Source: a virus (Duplodnaviria > Caudoviricetes). From it: a DNA stretch of 64,000 nucleotides. The stretch is taken from IMG/VR virus record IMGVR_UViG_3300037297_000386; one strand, given 5' to 3'. The position numbers and the translations under genes are program-made. Below, one piece after another: positions 30,472 to 39,872 of this stretch (positions are counted from its first letter, which is position 1; every line of letters begins with the position of its first letter). The notes under the pieces are model-generated. The model saw nothing but the letters and a program-made list of their open reading frames with translations. It ran no database searches and was not told the origin of the DNA.

Positions 30472-30509
30472 GATTTTATGTCCTCCTGATATTATTTTTT
30501 TGCTATAAT

Positions 30510-31328
30510 TTATACAGCATTAATCTTTTCAAAGTCGGTATTACCGACAGGTTCACGAATTTGAAAATCGTTACACAATTTGTATCTCATGCTTTCTATA
30601 ACATAGAATCTTATTATATCTTGCATCTTTTTGGTTTCCTTAGAACTCAACCAAAGTCTATGAGTATTTTTATATGATACTATATTAGCATTTAAACTAA
30701 AATTATTCTTAAGCATCTTCATTAATTTAACATGTTCATCTCGTGTAAAACAATCTGTACACATGTAGGTGCTTTTATTTCTTAAAGAATATGTTCCATC
30801 CTCCATGAACCAAACAGCTAACGATATTTTTTCTGTAAATATATGGTCTATAGAATCTGGCACAATTTTCTTTCCGCTAGCATTATAAAAAGTTTTTCTA
30901 AAATAGTTTAATTCAGGAACAGATAAGGTGCTAAAATTATAAAATACATAACTTTTGTCATATTTTTTATTATAAGCGACTTGTTTGCTAATATTAGATC
31001 CCAAATCATCAAATATATCTTTAATCCAATGTATATAATCTTTCTGCTTTATAGAATGACTTGTCTTATAACTAGAAGTTCTATTATTACATTTTGTTAT
31101 GTGCCCGTCGCCAAGTAAAGACCCGATTAAAAAATTTCTTTGATAATCATTTAATTGTCTGTTTTCAACTATATCTCTTTTTTTCTGAAATCTGGTTTTT
31201 ATATCAAATTTCTTGAGTGCCTTACACACCGTACTTCTATGAACGCCCATTTCTTTAGCTATTTCATATGTACTTTTCAATTGGTCAACATATAGCTTTT
31301 GTATAAATTCTTTATTAATTTTTTCCAT
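30510..31328 (-). CDS. Free-standing LAGLIDADG endonuclease with N-terminal HTH
   Basis: FLIGSLLGDGHI and LAVWFMEDGT motifs. Confidence 0.9.
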   Translation of the reverse strand: MEKINKEFIQKLYVDQLKSTYEIAKEMGVHRSTVCKALKKFDIKTRFQKKRDIVENRQLNDYQRNFLIGSLLGDGHITKCNNRTSSYKTSHSIKQKDYIHWIKDIFDDLGSNISKQVAYNKKYDKSYVFYNFSTLSVPELNYFRKTFYNASGKKIVPDSIDHIFTEKISLAVWFMEDGTYSLRNKSTYMCTDCFTRDEHVKLMKMLKNNFSLNANIVSYKNTHRLWLSSKETKKMQDIIRFYVIESMRYKLCNDFQIREPVGNTDFEKINAV

Positions 31329-31345
31329 ATAACTCTTGGTTACAA

Positions 31346-32119
31346 TTAATTTAAAACAGACAATTTATATCTCATGCTTTCTATAATATAAGGCATTACT
31401 ATTTCTGATATTTCTTTTGATTCTTTTACATTAAAATATAAATTATATCGGCTATCTTTTATTCTAGATATTTTTGTATTAATTCCAAGTTTCGCTTTTA
31501 TCATAGATCTTAAAATTTCATGATCTTCTAAAGAAAAACAATTAGTACATAATATTATTTTGTTGGCTGCCTTTTTAAATGTACCGTCATCCATCAACCA
31601 TATAGCCATAGAAAAATCATCTAAATATTTCTCTATCTCTGGATTTATGTATTTTATATTATCTTTATAAAATAAATTTCTAAAATGCATGAATTCTGGA
31701 TGAGAATAAGATTTAAAACCACATGTAAAATGTGTTTTATTTTCTAAGACGGCTTTATTAAATGTTATATCACCAACATAACCAGACAATATTTCTCTTT
31801 TCCACTTAACATATTCAAATTGTTTTGTACTATGTCTAACTTCAAATCTTGCTGCTTTATTACTATTATTTAATGATATATGCCCGTCTCCAAGCAATGA
31901 GCCTACAATAAACTTTTTAATATCGTTAGTGAAACAAGTTTTAAATCTTTCTAAACATAATTTTGTATAGCCTGGAGCAATTCTTGATATATTATGTTTA
32001 ACAAACCATCTACTTATTGTTGTTTTGGTAACGCCGTAATGTTTTGCTATACCACTAAGACTTAGTGTCTTGTATAAATCCACCAATTCTTGCCTACTTA
32101 CATTGTACCTGTGTTTCAT
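31346..32119 (-). CDS. Free-standing LAGLIDADG endonuclease with N-terminal HTH
   Basis: FIVGSLLGDGHI and MAIWLMDDGT motifs. Confidence 0.9.
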   Translation of the reverse strand: MKHRYNVSRQELVDLYKTLSLSGIAKHYGVTKTTISRWFVKHNISRIAPGYTKLCLERFKTCFTNDIKKFIVGSLLGDGHISLNNSNKAARFEVRHSTKQFEYVKWKREILSGYVGDITFNKAVLENKTHFTCGFKSYSHPEFMHFRNLFYKDNIKYINPEIEKYLDDFSMAIWLMDDGTFKKAANKIILCTNCFSLEDHEILRSMIKAKLGINTKISRIKDSRYNLYFNVKESKEISEIVMPYIIESMRYKLSVLN

Positions 32120-32128
32120 TTTAAACCC

Positions 32129-32154
32129 TAGGGGCTAGGAAAACCCAGCCCCTA
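32129..32154 (-). promoter_or_regulatory. GC-rich hairpin between the decoration gene and the first free-standing endonuclease
   Basis: TAGGGGCTGGG-TTTT-CCTAGCCCCTA immediately before the endonuclease ATG. There is no good U-tract, so it may be an attenuator/RBS-occluding or stabilising hairpin. Confidence 0.5.
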
Positions 32155-32174
32155 TGATCATTGTCAGCTAAATA

Positions 32175-32840
32175 TTATGCGTTGTGATGTGCGCCAAAAT
32201 ACTGAATCTTAATACGATCAAAAGTTTCGCTAGCACCAACAAGTCTTGCAGGCGTATTTACCATAGAGCCATTATTGGTTAGCTCAACAAATGCAGCGAT
32301 CTTGTCACTAGTACCGGTTGCTCGACACAACTTACCAGTTAGCGTCTCACGATACAATACCGTACCTGGTAGAGGTGTGTCATATAGATTACCAGATGTA
32401 GTAGGAACAACGTCACTTGAAACTGCGTCTAGTGACACAGCATAAAGCCCACCTTTATCCCATAGCGTAACCTTGCCAGAACCAGTAGTAGTGTGTGGGC
32501 CAAGATTAGTACTAGTAGTGGACAGACCAACGGGTCCACCAACTACTGATCCAAACGTAACGCCATAATGAGTCGTTCCTTCGTCAGATAGATAGAAAAC
32601 ATCGTAAGTTTCGCTTGCTTCATCAGCAATGCGAGCAACTACGCGAGTTGTTGCTTCAGTAACTTCATCTGCAATATATCCATCAAGTACGTCATAAGCT
32701 GCTTTCTCAGTTGAAGTAATAGTTCTAGATGCTTCGTCAAGTACCATGACTTCTCCACCAAGTACACTAGATTGATCAGTGTCCAAAAGATCGAAATCAC
32801 CTAATGGATGAAGTCCAGGTTGTAGTAAAAATAATGCCAT
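32175..32840 (-). CDS. Capsid decoration/cement-like protein, 221 aa
   Basis: GGAGG SD, located upstream of the MCP; TTGSGKVTLW..GGLY motif shared with 39873..40583. Confidence 0.55.
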   Translation of the reverse strand: MALFLLQPGLHPLGDFDLLDTDQSSVLGGEVMVLDEASRTITSTEKAAYDVLDGYIADEVTEATTRVVARIADEASETYDVFYLSDEGTTHYGVTFGSVVGGPVGLSTTSTNLGPHTTTGSGKVTLWDKGGLYAVSLDAVSSDVVPTTSGNLYDTPLPGTVLYRETLTGKLCRATGTSDKIAAFVELTNNGSMVNTPARLVGASETFDRIKIQYFGAHHNA

Positions 32841-32948
32841 TTTTTAATGACCTCCCAACTTATTTTTTTGGGAAAATTCTCTTAGAAAAACAAAAGTTGG
32901 TCATCAGAGAATAACCACTTATATTAATACAAAAATATTAGTAGATTT

Positions 32949-34619
32949 TTAATATTTTTGTATTCTTTGGTAAGCTTGTATTAAATTATTATAATCTATT
33001 ACATGTCCTATTTCTGGCACCACGAAAATACCAGAAAATCTATCTGTTCCTGCTTTCCTATTAAATTCATTTTCTAAATCTCGTAATCTTTCAGCTGTAT
33101 CTCTGTCTAATTTTCCACTAGGATGCAGTCCTAAAAACTCTTGTATTTTCAATATGTTAGTGTCGGTAATGCCTGCTTTTCCAGTTTCTTCAACCGACAC
33201 TCCAATTTGCGAACTTAATTTTCCAATTTGTCCTGATATATCTTTAACAAACTCGACTAAGTTATTTCCTAGAGCAAGTGCCACTGATTTATCAGTGGCA
33301 GAATTAACCACTAAGTCCCATTTCTCAAGATTATTGGTAATTTTGCTAATTTCCGTGGATATGCCAGATATGTATGATCTGATTGACTCAGGAGCATTAT
33401 CTTCTCCTAGGCCACTATTAACATTATTAGCAAGATGTGTAATTTTAGAAATAGAATTTTGTACATCCTGTGTTATTGATTGTCCTATTCCTTTCGAACC
33501 AACACTAGATAATGATGATTGAATAGAAGTTCCAGCCGATTCTACTCGTTTTGGGTCGTTATTCCCAAACCAATTGTATACTTTAATTGCGCCATAACCA
33601 GCTCCAAGGGTAGCTAGTCCAAGACCCAAGCGTTTTACTGTTTCTTTTGGAGTAATCCCAATTAATTTTCTTTTTAAAGATATTCTAGGATCCATTCGTT
33701 TTATCATATCGCCAACAAAACCAGGAGACATCTTCATCTTTGCCCACCTAGATGCATTGCTTGGATTGGCCATAAATAACTTAAAAGTTTCAGAATTACT
33801 TGGATCTGATGCTAAACTAATAGCTTCCTGGATAAATTTTCTATCATTAACGCCAGACCTGTTTAAACTATATACCTCATTAACATCGTCGATTAAATTT
33901 CTAAGTTCTGGTACATTTCTCTCAAGTCCACTACCAAAAAACCCACCAGCTTCTTTACGTTCCACATCTAGAAGATTTTTTAAATTTTGTAACCCATTTG
34001 GTTCACGCATAACATCCTTAGCTCGGTTTATATAATGCAGTTGAGCTTCTGCTTGTTGCACTCTTGACAATGGGTCACGTATCGTATTACGAACATAATT
34101 TTTTATAGCTTCTGGCCCACTACTTTTTATAGACTCTGGAACTATAATAACTCCTAAATTATCACCTACAGCACGCTGTATAAATTCATCTGGGCTATTT
34201 TCTAGTAGATCTCCTACTCTTTTAATGGGCCCTCCCGATTGTATCACTGAATTAGCTTGCGCTTCTGCACCAGATAAACTTTGATGTATTTTGTTTGTTG
34301 TTTCACGCACTCTTCTGGCAAAATCGCCAGCAAAATCTTTATGTAATGTGCTTTCTATCAATTCTCTTCCAGATTTTTCGACACCTTTTATACTTTGTTC
34401 TACAGCCTCGTCAGCTCCTTTCCATAAATGCCTTAACCCAGAAAATACATTATCACTGCTAGATGCAACAGCTTTTGCAGCCTGTTCGGCTGTTTCACGT
34501 CCCAATTTACCGCTAATCTTAGATACGAGGGTAATTACACCTTTCCCTAGTGCACTTAAAATTCCTGCTTGTTTATATAGCGGGCTTACCCTGGAACTTA
34601 TTTGCCTGGTGCCTTCTCG
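32949..34619 (-). CDS. Probable internal virion/ejection protein with C-terminal PG-binding-like motif, reached by -1 frameshift from 34598..35041 (fusion ~697 aa)
   Basis: The frame is open from 34628 with no ATG/GTG/TTG until 34505. The extension reads REGTRQISSRVSPLYKQAGILSALGKG; C-terminus has ILKIQEFLG...SGKLDRDT. Confidence 0.7.
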   Translation of the reverse strand, partial: REGTRQISSRVSPLYKQAGILSALGKGVITLVSKISGKLGRETAEQAAKAVASSSDNVFSGLRHLWKGADEAVEQSIKGVEKSGRELIESTLHKDFAGDFARRVRETTNKIHQSLSGAEAQANSVIQSGGPIKRVGDLLENSPDEFIQRAVGDNLGVIIVPESIKSSGPEAIKNYVRNTIRDPLSRVQQAEAQLHYINRAKDVMREPNGLQNLKNLLDVERKEAGGFFGSGLERNVPELRNLIDDVNEVYSLNRSGVNDRKFIQEAISLASDPSNSETFKLFMANPSNASRWAKMKMSPGFVGDMIKRMDPRISLKRKLIGITPKETVKRLGLGLATLGAGYGAIKVYNWFGNNDPKRVESAGTSIQSSLSSVGSKGIGQSITQDVQNSISKITHLANNVNSGLGEDNAPESIRSYISGISTEISKITNNLEKWDLVVNSATDKSVALALGNNLVEFVKDISGQIGKLSSQIGVSVEETGKAGITDTNILKIQEFLGLHPSGKLDRDTAERLRDLENEFNRKAGTDRFSGIFVVPEIGHVIDYNNLIQAYQRIQKY

Positions 34620-35041
34620 AAAGGGAGATCATCAATCTTTTCAAACAATACTATTGCCTTATCATAAACTACGTCAGAAAGGTTAGATTCTCCTATATCG
34701 TCCAATCTATCAGCCACTTTAACAAGTTCATTAATAGCGTGTGCGTATCTACCAACAAGAGAGCCGGTGGGCATCTTATTAAGCATTTCAATCAATTTAT
34801 TCTGTTGTTCAATTTGATTTTCTACAAGCCCGCCATCTCCACGTGCCTCAGCTACATATACTGATTCTGGATGTGCTTGTTCTATAATATTTTTTTCTGG
34901 AGATTTCTGTCTTTTTTCTTCAATAACCCTTTTGTCTTCTTGATGTGGGTTAGGTGAAGGTGTAGCAGTCTTCTTGATTCCAAACAAATCCTTCTCTTCA
35001 GCAATTTTCAAAAACTCTTCCAATACTATGGAATTATTCAT
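34598..35041 (-). CDS. AHP-motif/helical-tag protein, 147 aa
   Basis: IIEQAHPES...LVENQIEQQ...MPTG and LVKVADRLDDIGESNLSD. Confidence 0.75.
   Translation of the reverse strand: MNNSIVLEEFLKIAEEKDLFGIKKTATPSPNPHQEDKRVIEEKRQKSPEKNIIEQAHPESVYVAEARGDGGLVENQIEQQNKLIEMLNKMPTGSLVGRYAHAINELVKVADRLDDIGESNLSDVVYDKAIVLFEKIDDLPFEKAPGK
34619..34625 (-). promoter_or_regulatory. -1 ribosomal frameshift slippery heptamer C CCU UUC
   Basis: Canonical X XXY YYZ in the zero frame of 34598..35041, six sense codons before its stop; the -1 frame opens one codon upstream. Confidence 0.75.
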
Positions 35042-35319
35042 TATACTCTCCTATTGTCGAACCTTTCTGCTTTATATTGTTTATGATTGGTGTATTGGCC
35101 ATTTGCAACTTTTATCATATGTCCCGGATCTAAATTGTTTTCTCTGCAATATTTGGACAAGTTTTTAATTATCTCAACTTTTCCACTTGGTTTTGTAATT
35201 TTCCAATGTTTCGCGTTAAATTTATGGCCAACTCACAATTTTTTACTTAAAGACTGTATAGTTTGCCCTATATATTTTTTATTATAAATTTCATTCCTGA
35301 CTACATATATTATTCCCAT
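35041..35319 (-). pseudogene. Internally deleted GIY-YIG homing endonuclease relic
   Basis: MGIIYVVRNEIYNKKYIGQTIQSLSKKL* followed in frame by a NUMOD1-like tail (KHWKIT...KNLSKYCRENNL...GQYTNHKQY); the catalytic core is missing. Confidence 0.8.
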
Positions 35320-35332
35320 ATATAGTCTCCAT

Positions 35333-35974
35333 CTACATTAATCTGGTAAATGGTTGCATTAATTGAGACGGATCAGCTACAAAACTCATAAGTCCTTCTA
35401 AATTTTCATCAGTAAAATCTTTGCTTTCTGGAATTTCATGATTGTTAGTATCTTCTAGATATAACTGACCAGGCAATTTGGTTGTCCCAGACGTTTGCGC
35501 ATAAATATCTCCAATTTTTGTAAGTCCAACAGCCAATAATAGGAATTTGACTGCTTTCCACAGAATTTGTATTAACTTTGGTATTGCTCCAATAAGTTTT
35601 AATAATCCACCAAACCATGCTAGTTTAATAATATCATTTTCTGTAGCACCTACTGATGGTTTCAAAAGATTTTTAAGAAATCCGCCGATACCCTCTAATA
35701 AATCATTTTCTTGTATCTGTAGATTTGTGTTTGGAGCCCATCCCATAGCGTTATCTATTGCTTTTCCTAAATCCGAAAGACCGTATCCGAAAAAAGTAGC
35801 AATTTTCTCTAATATAAACACACCCCATCCAAGACCTGGGACAAAAGGAATCAAATATGTTATGATACGGAAGAAATTTTCACAGAATCCTTCGTTTTGG
35901 CGCCATACAGATTTTATGGTTTCACCTAGATCAGATAACTCCCATGCCCGTTTTGAAATAGCATTACCAGTCAT
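35333..35974 (-). CDS. Hydrophobic probable internal virion protein, 213 aa
   Basis: N-terminal ISKRA motif, two hydrophobic segments, IIKLAW motif. Confidence 0.55.
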   Translation of the reverse strand: MTGNAISKRAWELSDLGETIKSVWRQNEGFCENFFRIITYLIPFVPGLGWGVFILEKIATFFGYGLSDLGKAIDNAMGWAPNTNLQIQENDLLEGIGGFLKNLLKPSVGATENDIIKLAWFGGLLKLIGAIPKLIQILWKAVKFLLLAVGLTKIGDIYAQTSGTTKLPGQLYLEDTNNHEIPESKDFTDENLEGLMSFVADPSQLMQPFTRLM

Positions 35975-37412
35975 GTAACATCCTATAGGTCAATAATTCT
36001 TCGTCTTGAATCGGCCTATCTTTATATCCGCGGGGTTTTTCCGGCATAACTTGTCTTTGTGAAACTGGTCTAACAGGACCGAGGCCAGCCATGCCGGTTT
36101 CTATACCTTGTTTACTTAAGTTTCTTGCTATAGGAGCAATCACACGATACACACTTCTAAGCAATTGAGGTCTGTCGCGCATCATTTTAATATTTTGTAA
36201 TGCGTCAAACCCGACTTTAGATCTCTCAGCAACTTCTTGTTGGATTCTCCAATCAGAAGATATGGCTCCTACTAGAGCATCAGCTGTGACAGGCCCATAT
36301 ATTCCATCTTCTCTAACGACACCAGCACCAGAATTTAATGCCGTGTTAATCTGATTCACGACCAATTGCAAACCACGAATAAAAGGATCACCTCTCGACC
36401 TACTTTTACTTGGTACAGTTCTTTGTTTTTCTGGACTTTGGGATCTATCTCTAGGAAGAACTTTTCTACCATCGCCAAGTGTCAAAGCTCTTTTAGATAT
36501 TGCTTTATGCACACTAGCCTTGGCTGTAATCATTTCTATACCATGTTCCATTAATAGCTTAAGGTCTTGCATAGGCTTTGTAACAGATATTATTTCTTGT
36601 TGGGTCAATGGTGCATAACCTTCTGACTTTCCTAAAAGACGTTGTACTACATTCCAAGAAGCTCGTTCAGCATCTGTATCAAACGTGGGAGGCTTACCAC
36701 CTGACATTTCTGTTAACCTTGTATATAATCGATCAACATCTTTAGCCAACTTTTGATAATCAATTTTTGTTCGACTTTGTAAATCCTTAATTGTTTCTTG
36801 GGCCGCCTGTTGCGCTCTTACTTTAGCTTGTTCAACTGATTGTCCCATGGTTTTAGTAGTAAGTTGTAATGCATGCTCAGCTTGTGCATCATCCCATCCC
36901 CAATCTGTCAAATTTTCTTTTACCACCGGCCATTCGACCAACATCTGTTTTAGATATTCATAAACTTGTTTTATAGACATATATTTTTGAATATTCTGTC
37001 GAGCCCGTTCTTGTATATTAGTGGTAGTAGGTGGCAATTCTAGTACAGATTTGTAAGAATTTAACTGTTGTATCCAAGACTGTACTTTTGGAGCAGCAAT
37101 ATTATTTGGATCCAAATCCTCTAGACGATCTATAAGATCAGATAAATTATTATCCATTTGTCTAGTCAGATACCATATTCCCATAGTGAGAGCTGCACCA
37201 CCTAAAATAGCCCAACCAATCGGACCAGCGGCTGCACCTATACCAGCCATTGCACCGGCTCCACTAGCTGTACCTGCAACTCCAGCAGCTCCAGCTGCAA
37301 CAGCTGCATCTATTGCAGCACCAATACCAAGTTCTGTTATAATGTCTCTCCAGGTCCATCCTTCTTTTATGAACCAATCAGATGGATCTGTTTCAGTTTT
37401 AAGTTTGTGCAT
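35964..37412 (-). CDS. Probable ejection/internal protein with Gly/Ala-rich TM region and PG-binding-like motif, 482 aa
   Basis: AGAAGVAG...AAGPIGWAILGGAAL; ISKRA; IRGLQ...EDGIYGPVT. Confidence 0.55.
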   Translation of the reverse strand: MHKLKTETDPSDWFIKEGWTWRDIITELGIGAAIDAAVAAGAAGVAGTASGAGAMAGIGAAAGPIGWAILGGAALTMGIWYLTRQMDNNLSDLIDRLEDLDPNNIAAPKVQSWIQQLNSYKSVLELPPTTTNIQERARQNIQKYMSIKQVYEYLKQMLVEWPVVKENLTDWGWDDAQAEHALQLTTKTMGQSVEQAKVRAQQAAQETIKDLQSRTKIDYQKLAKDVDRLYTRLTEMSGGKPPTFDTDAERASWNVVQRLLGKSEGYAPLTQQEIISVTKPMQDLKLLMEHGIEMITAKASVHKAISKRALTLGDGRKVLPRDRSQSPEKQRTVPSKSRSRGDPFIRGLQLVVNQINTALNSGAGVVREDGIYGPVTADALVGAISSDWRIQQEVAERSKVGFDALQNIKMMRDRPQLLRSVYRVIAPIARNLSKQGIETGMAGLGPVRPVSQRQVMPEKPRGYKDRPIQDEELLTYRMLHDW

Positions 37413-37422
37413 ATCTAGCCCA

Positions 37423-39072
37423 TTAAAATTGGTTTAAAATAATTCTTAAAGCATTACTATAACCATCTGGATTTGATAAATCGTGATATCTTTCTGATTG
37501 TTCTACCAATTTACGTATACGATTTTGTACACCTGGTTCATCTGCCCATCTAGAGTCCATTCTTACTAAATGACTATAAACTTGATCTTGTAATTTAAGT
37601 CTTGTGCGCTCGTCGGCAGCTACTCTTTCAGTAACTCCTGGCTTCCTAATCTCTTTAGGAGACTTAATGGCCATTTTGATGTCATAAGCTTCCTTTAATT
37701 TGGCACCACTACCATAATTTTCTTTAATATATGATAAGGCTCTTTGTATTCCTCTTCGCATTGGACGCGTAACACCATCTTCAATTCTATTTATAGGAAT
37801 GCGATGTTCACTTTTTACAAAATTTTCATCCCCAAGAATCCCCTTCATCATCTTCATATACCAATCAGCAAATTTCTTGGCAGTTGGCCAATCTGTTAAG
37901 ACCCTTTGTTTCCACGACATTGTTTTTATATCGCCAACACCTGCTTTACCCTTTTCATCAATAGGAGTCTTCATGTCATAAACCCCGGGAGCTTTAGATT
38001 CTACCTGTTGTTTTAAAGCCACATACTGGTTCATATATGGATACACAGCTGAAAGTGCTTCGTTAAATGTACTGCGTAGTTCGGGTTGTGAATTTACAAG
38101 TCTTTCAATATTATGTCGAGCTTCCTGAAAACTTCTGTTTTTTTGGTTTTGAATTATTGAACGTTGGCCACCAGCCGTAGCACCACCAGGAAGCCTGGAT
38201 ACCATAGTGTCAACCATAGTATCAACCATCTGTTTTTCAACATCTCTTAAAGCATTTTGTTGTGTCGTAGTAACTGCAACTTTTAATATTTCATCAATTC
38301 TATTAGCTGCCTCTGAATGTCCTATATTATCCAATTTATCGGCCAACATATTAAGAGTATAAAACACATAATCTTCCCTAGTGGCAATTTTGTTAATCGC
38401 CTTACGCAATTCTCCAAGATGTTTTCCATACCCCATCTTGTTAAGTTTCAGGTATAAATTAACCAAAGCCGCATATGTGCCTTTTGGAACACTTCTAGCT
38501 ACCCCAACATCGGCATCTTGCTGTTCGACAATTGTCTCGACCAAATTTTCATCAGTCTTACTGTGTGTTAATTCAGTTTTTGTGCCACCGCCAGGATGGG
38601 CCTTTTCTACAAGTTGTTCTCCAGTCTCACCAGATACATTATATATACTTTGTTCAGCGACTTTCTTACTGTCATTTTTATTGGTAGCTTGCTTATCTGA
38701 TTGAATAGATTGTGGAAAATGTTTTTTTAATAGTTGAAGAACCATTGGCTGCCAGCCAAACTCTTTAAATAATATTTGCCCAAGTTTAACCGGATCAGTT
38801 TTAGGAGGTATTTTCCATTGTTTTAAACTATTAAACAAACCAACTAATATTCTTTCTTTTCCCAAATCATTCAAAAAAGCGTCAAAAGCTTTTTTAGCTT
38901 CTGGAATAGCAATTGTAGTTCCCTTCTCAAAAGTTACCACCCCAGGTTCAGTACTCTCAGATTGTTCTACTACTTCAGTGGCTTCCTGAGCTTGTTTGAC
39001 TAGACCATTATTAACAGCAATACGGGCATATTCATTTAGAACTGTGCTTTGATCAAAACCGATATGTTTCAT
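37423..39072 (-). CDS. AHP-motif/helical-tag protein, 549 aa
   Basis: KAHPGGGTKTELTHSKTDENLVETIVEQQ and LADKLDNIGHSEAANRIDEIL. Confidence 0.7.
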   Translation of the reverse strand: MKHIGFDQSTVLNEYARIAVNNGLVKQAQEATEVVEQSESTEPGVVTFEKGTTIAIPEAKKAFDAFLNDLGKERILVGLFNSLKQWKIPPKTDPVKLGQILFKEFGWQPMVLQLLKKHFPQSIQSDKQATNKNDSKKVAEQSIYNVSGETGEQLVEKAHPGGGTKTELTHSKTDENLVETIVEQQDADVGVARSVPKGTYAALVNLYLKLNKMGYGKHLGELRKAINKIATREDYVFYTLNMLADKLDNIGHSEAANRIDEILKVAVTTTQQNALRDVEKQMVDTMVDTMVSRLPGGATAGGQRSIIQNQKNRSFQEARHNIERLVNSQPELRSTFNEALSAVYPYMNQYVALKQQVESKAPGVYDMKTPIDEKGKAGVGDIKTMSWKQRVLTDWPTAKKFADWYMKMMKGILGDENFVKSEHRIPINRIEDGVTRPMRRGIQRALSYIKENYGSGAKLKEAYDIKMAIKSPKEIRKPGVTERVAADERTRLKLQDQVYSHLVRMDSRWADEPGVQNRIRKLVEQSERYHDLSNPDGYSNALRIILNQF

Positions 39073-39117
39073 TATTATCTCCAGAATATATATAAAATTT
39101 TAAAAATTATTTCCACT

Positions 39118-39792
39118 TTAGCCGGCAGATATATTATTAAGCTCATTTATCATTTTCTTAATATCTTCATTGCTCAAAGAAGAAGCTATATGTTTTATAT
39201 TTCTTATAGTACGTTCAATCTTATAGGCAGTCTTATGATTACCCATTGTGCCATGTTTATAAGCCATATCTTCGAGAGCTGAATATATCGTAACTAACCC
39301 AGATTCTGGTGTAGCCAAGCCTTCTTCTACAGCTTCCTCGGCCCCGCTAGTTACTTCCGAAGTCTGAGCATCATCTTCATTTTCATCATTATCTTCTCTA
39401 TCACTATCTTTTTCATCTTCATCTTCTCTATCACTATCTTTTTCATCCTTGTCTTTGTCTTTTTTCAAGGGGCATTCTGGATTAGGGCCACTACCAGGAG
39501 GCCCACCACGTCCCATACCAACCGGATCATTACCATCGAATAAGATTTCCATTAAACTATTCTTACTAGATAATCTTTCAAAATCTCCACGCAGACATAT
39601 TGATTTAAGATTATTGTATAAATCATTTAGCACAACTAATAAAGTTTCATCGCTAGCTTGTCGAATTATTGGGTCTATCCATTTTCTTAAATCACCACTA
39701 GTAGCAAGACCCATAGATACAATTCTATCTTTTTCATTGCGAATCATATCGCAAGCAAGTTTTAGTGTGTATTCGTCATTAAGAGTAAACAT
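39118..39792 (-). CDS. Acidic low-complexity hypothetical protein with divergent helical tag, 224 aa
   Basis: EKDSDRED duplicated at DNA level (~39391-39447); LEDMAYKHGTMGNHKTAYKIE. Confidence 0.7.
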   Translation of the reverse strand: MFTLNDEYTLKLACDMIRNEKDRIVSMGLATSGDLRKWIDPIIRQASDETLLVVLNDLYNNLKSICLRGDFERLSSKNSLMEILFDGNDPVGMGRGGPPGSGPNPECPLKKDKDKDEKDSDREDEDEKDSDREDNDENEDDAQTSEVTSGAEEAVEEGLATPESGLVTIYSALEDMAYKHGTMGNHKTAYKIERTIRNIKHIASSLSNEDIKKMINELNNISAG

Positions 39793-39872
39793 TATTGCTC
39801 CTTAGAACTTTTTCTTAAATTTTAGATTGTTTGAATAGCGCACAATTTATCCTAGACACAACGAAACCATAT

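Noticed and set aside
30472-32174. A third intron containing the two upstream LAGLIDADG genes
   Set aside because: The decoration gene ends and the MCP starts normally with its own SD; no P1, P7 or omega-G elements are present.
35041-35319. Stop-codon reassignment (TGA read-through)
   Set aside because: Multi-kilobase ORFs are intact in code 11 and TGA, TAG and TAA all end genes; the lone internal TGA is in an already deleted relic.
32949-37412. Tape-measure protein call for the Ala/Gly-rich ORFs
   Set aside because: Too short for a large phage, located in the head module, and no tail tube or sheath genes are adjacent.
37413-37430. A second frameshift/readthrough between 37423..39072 and 35964..37412
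   Set aside because: No X XXY YYZ heptamer, and the downstream ORF has its own ATG.
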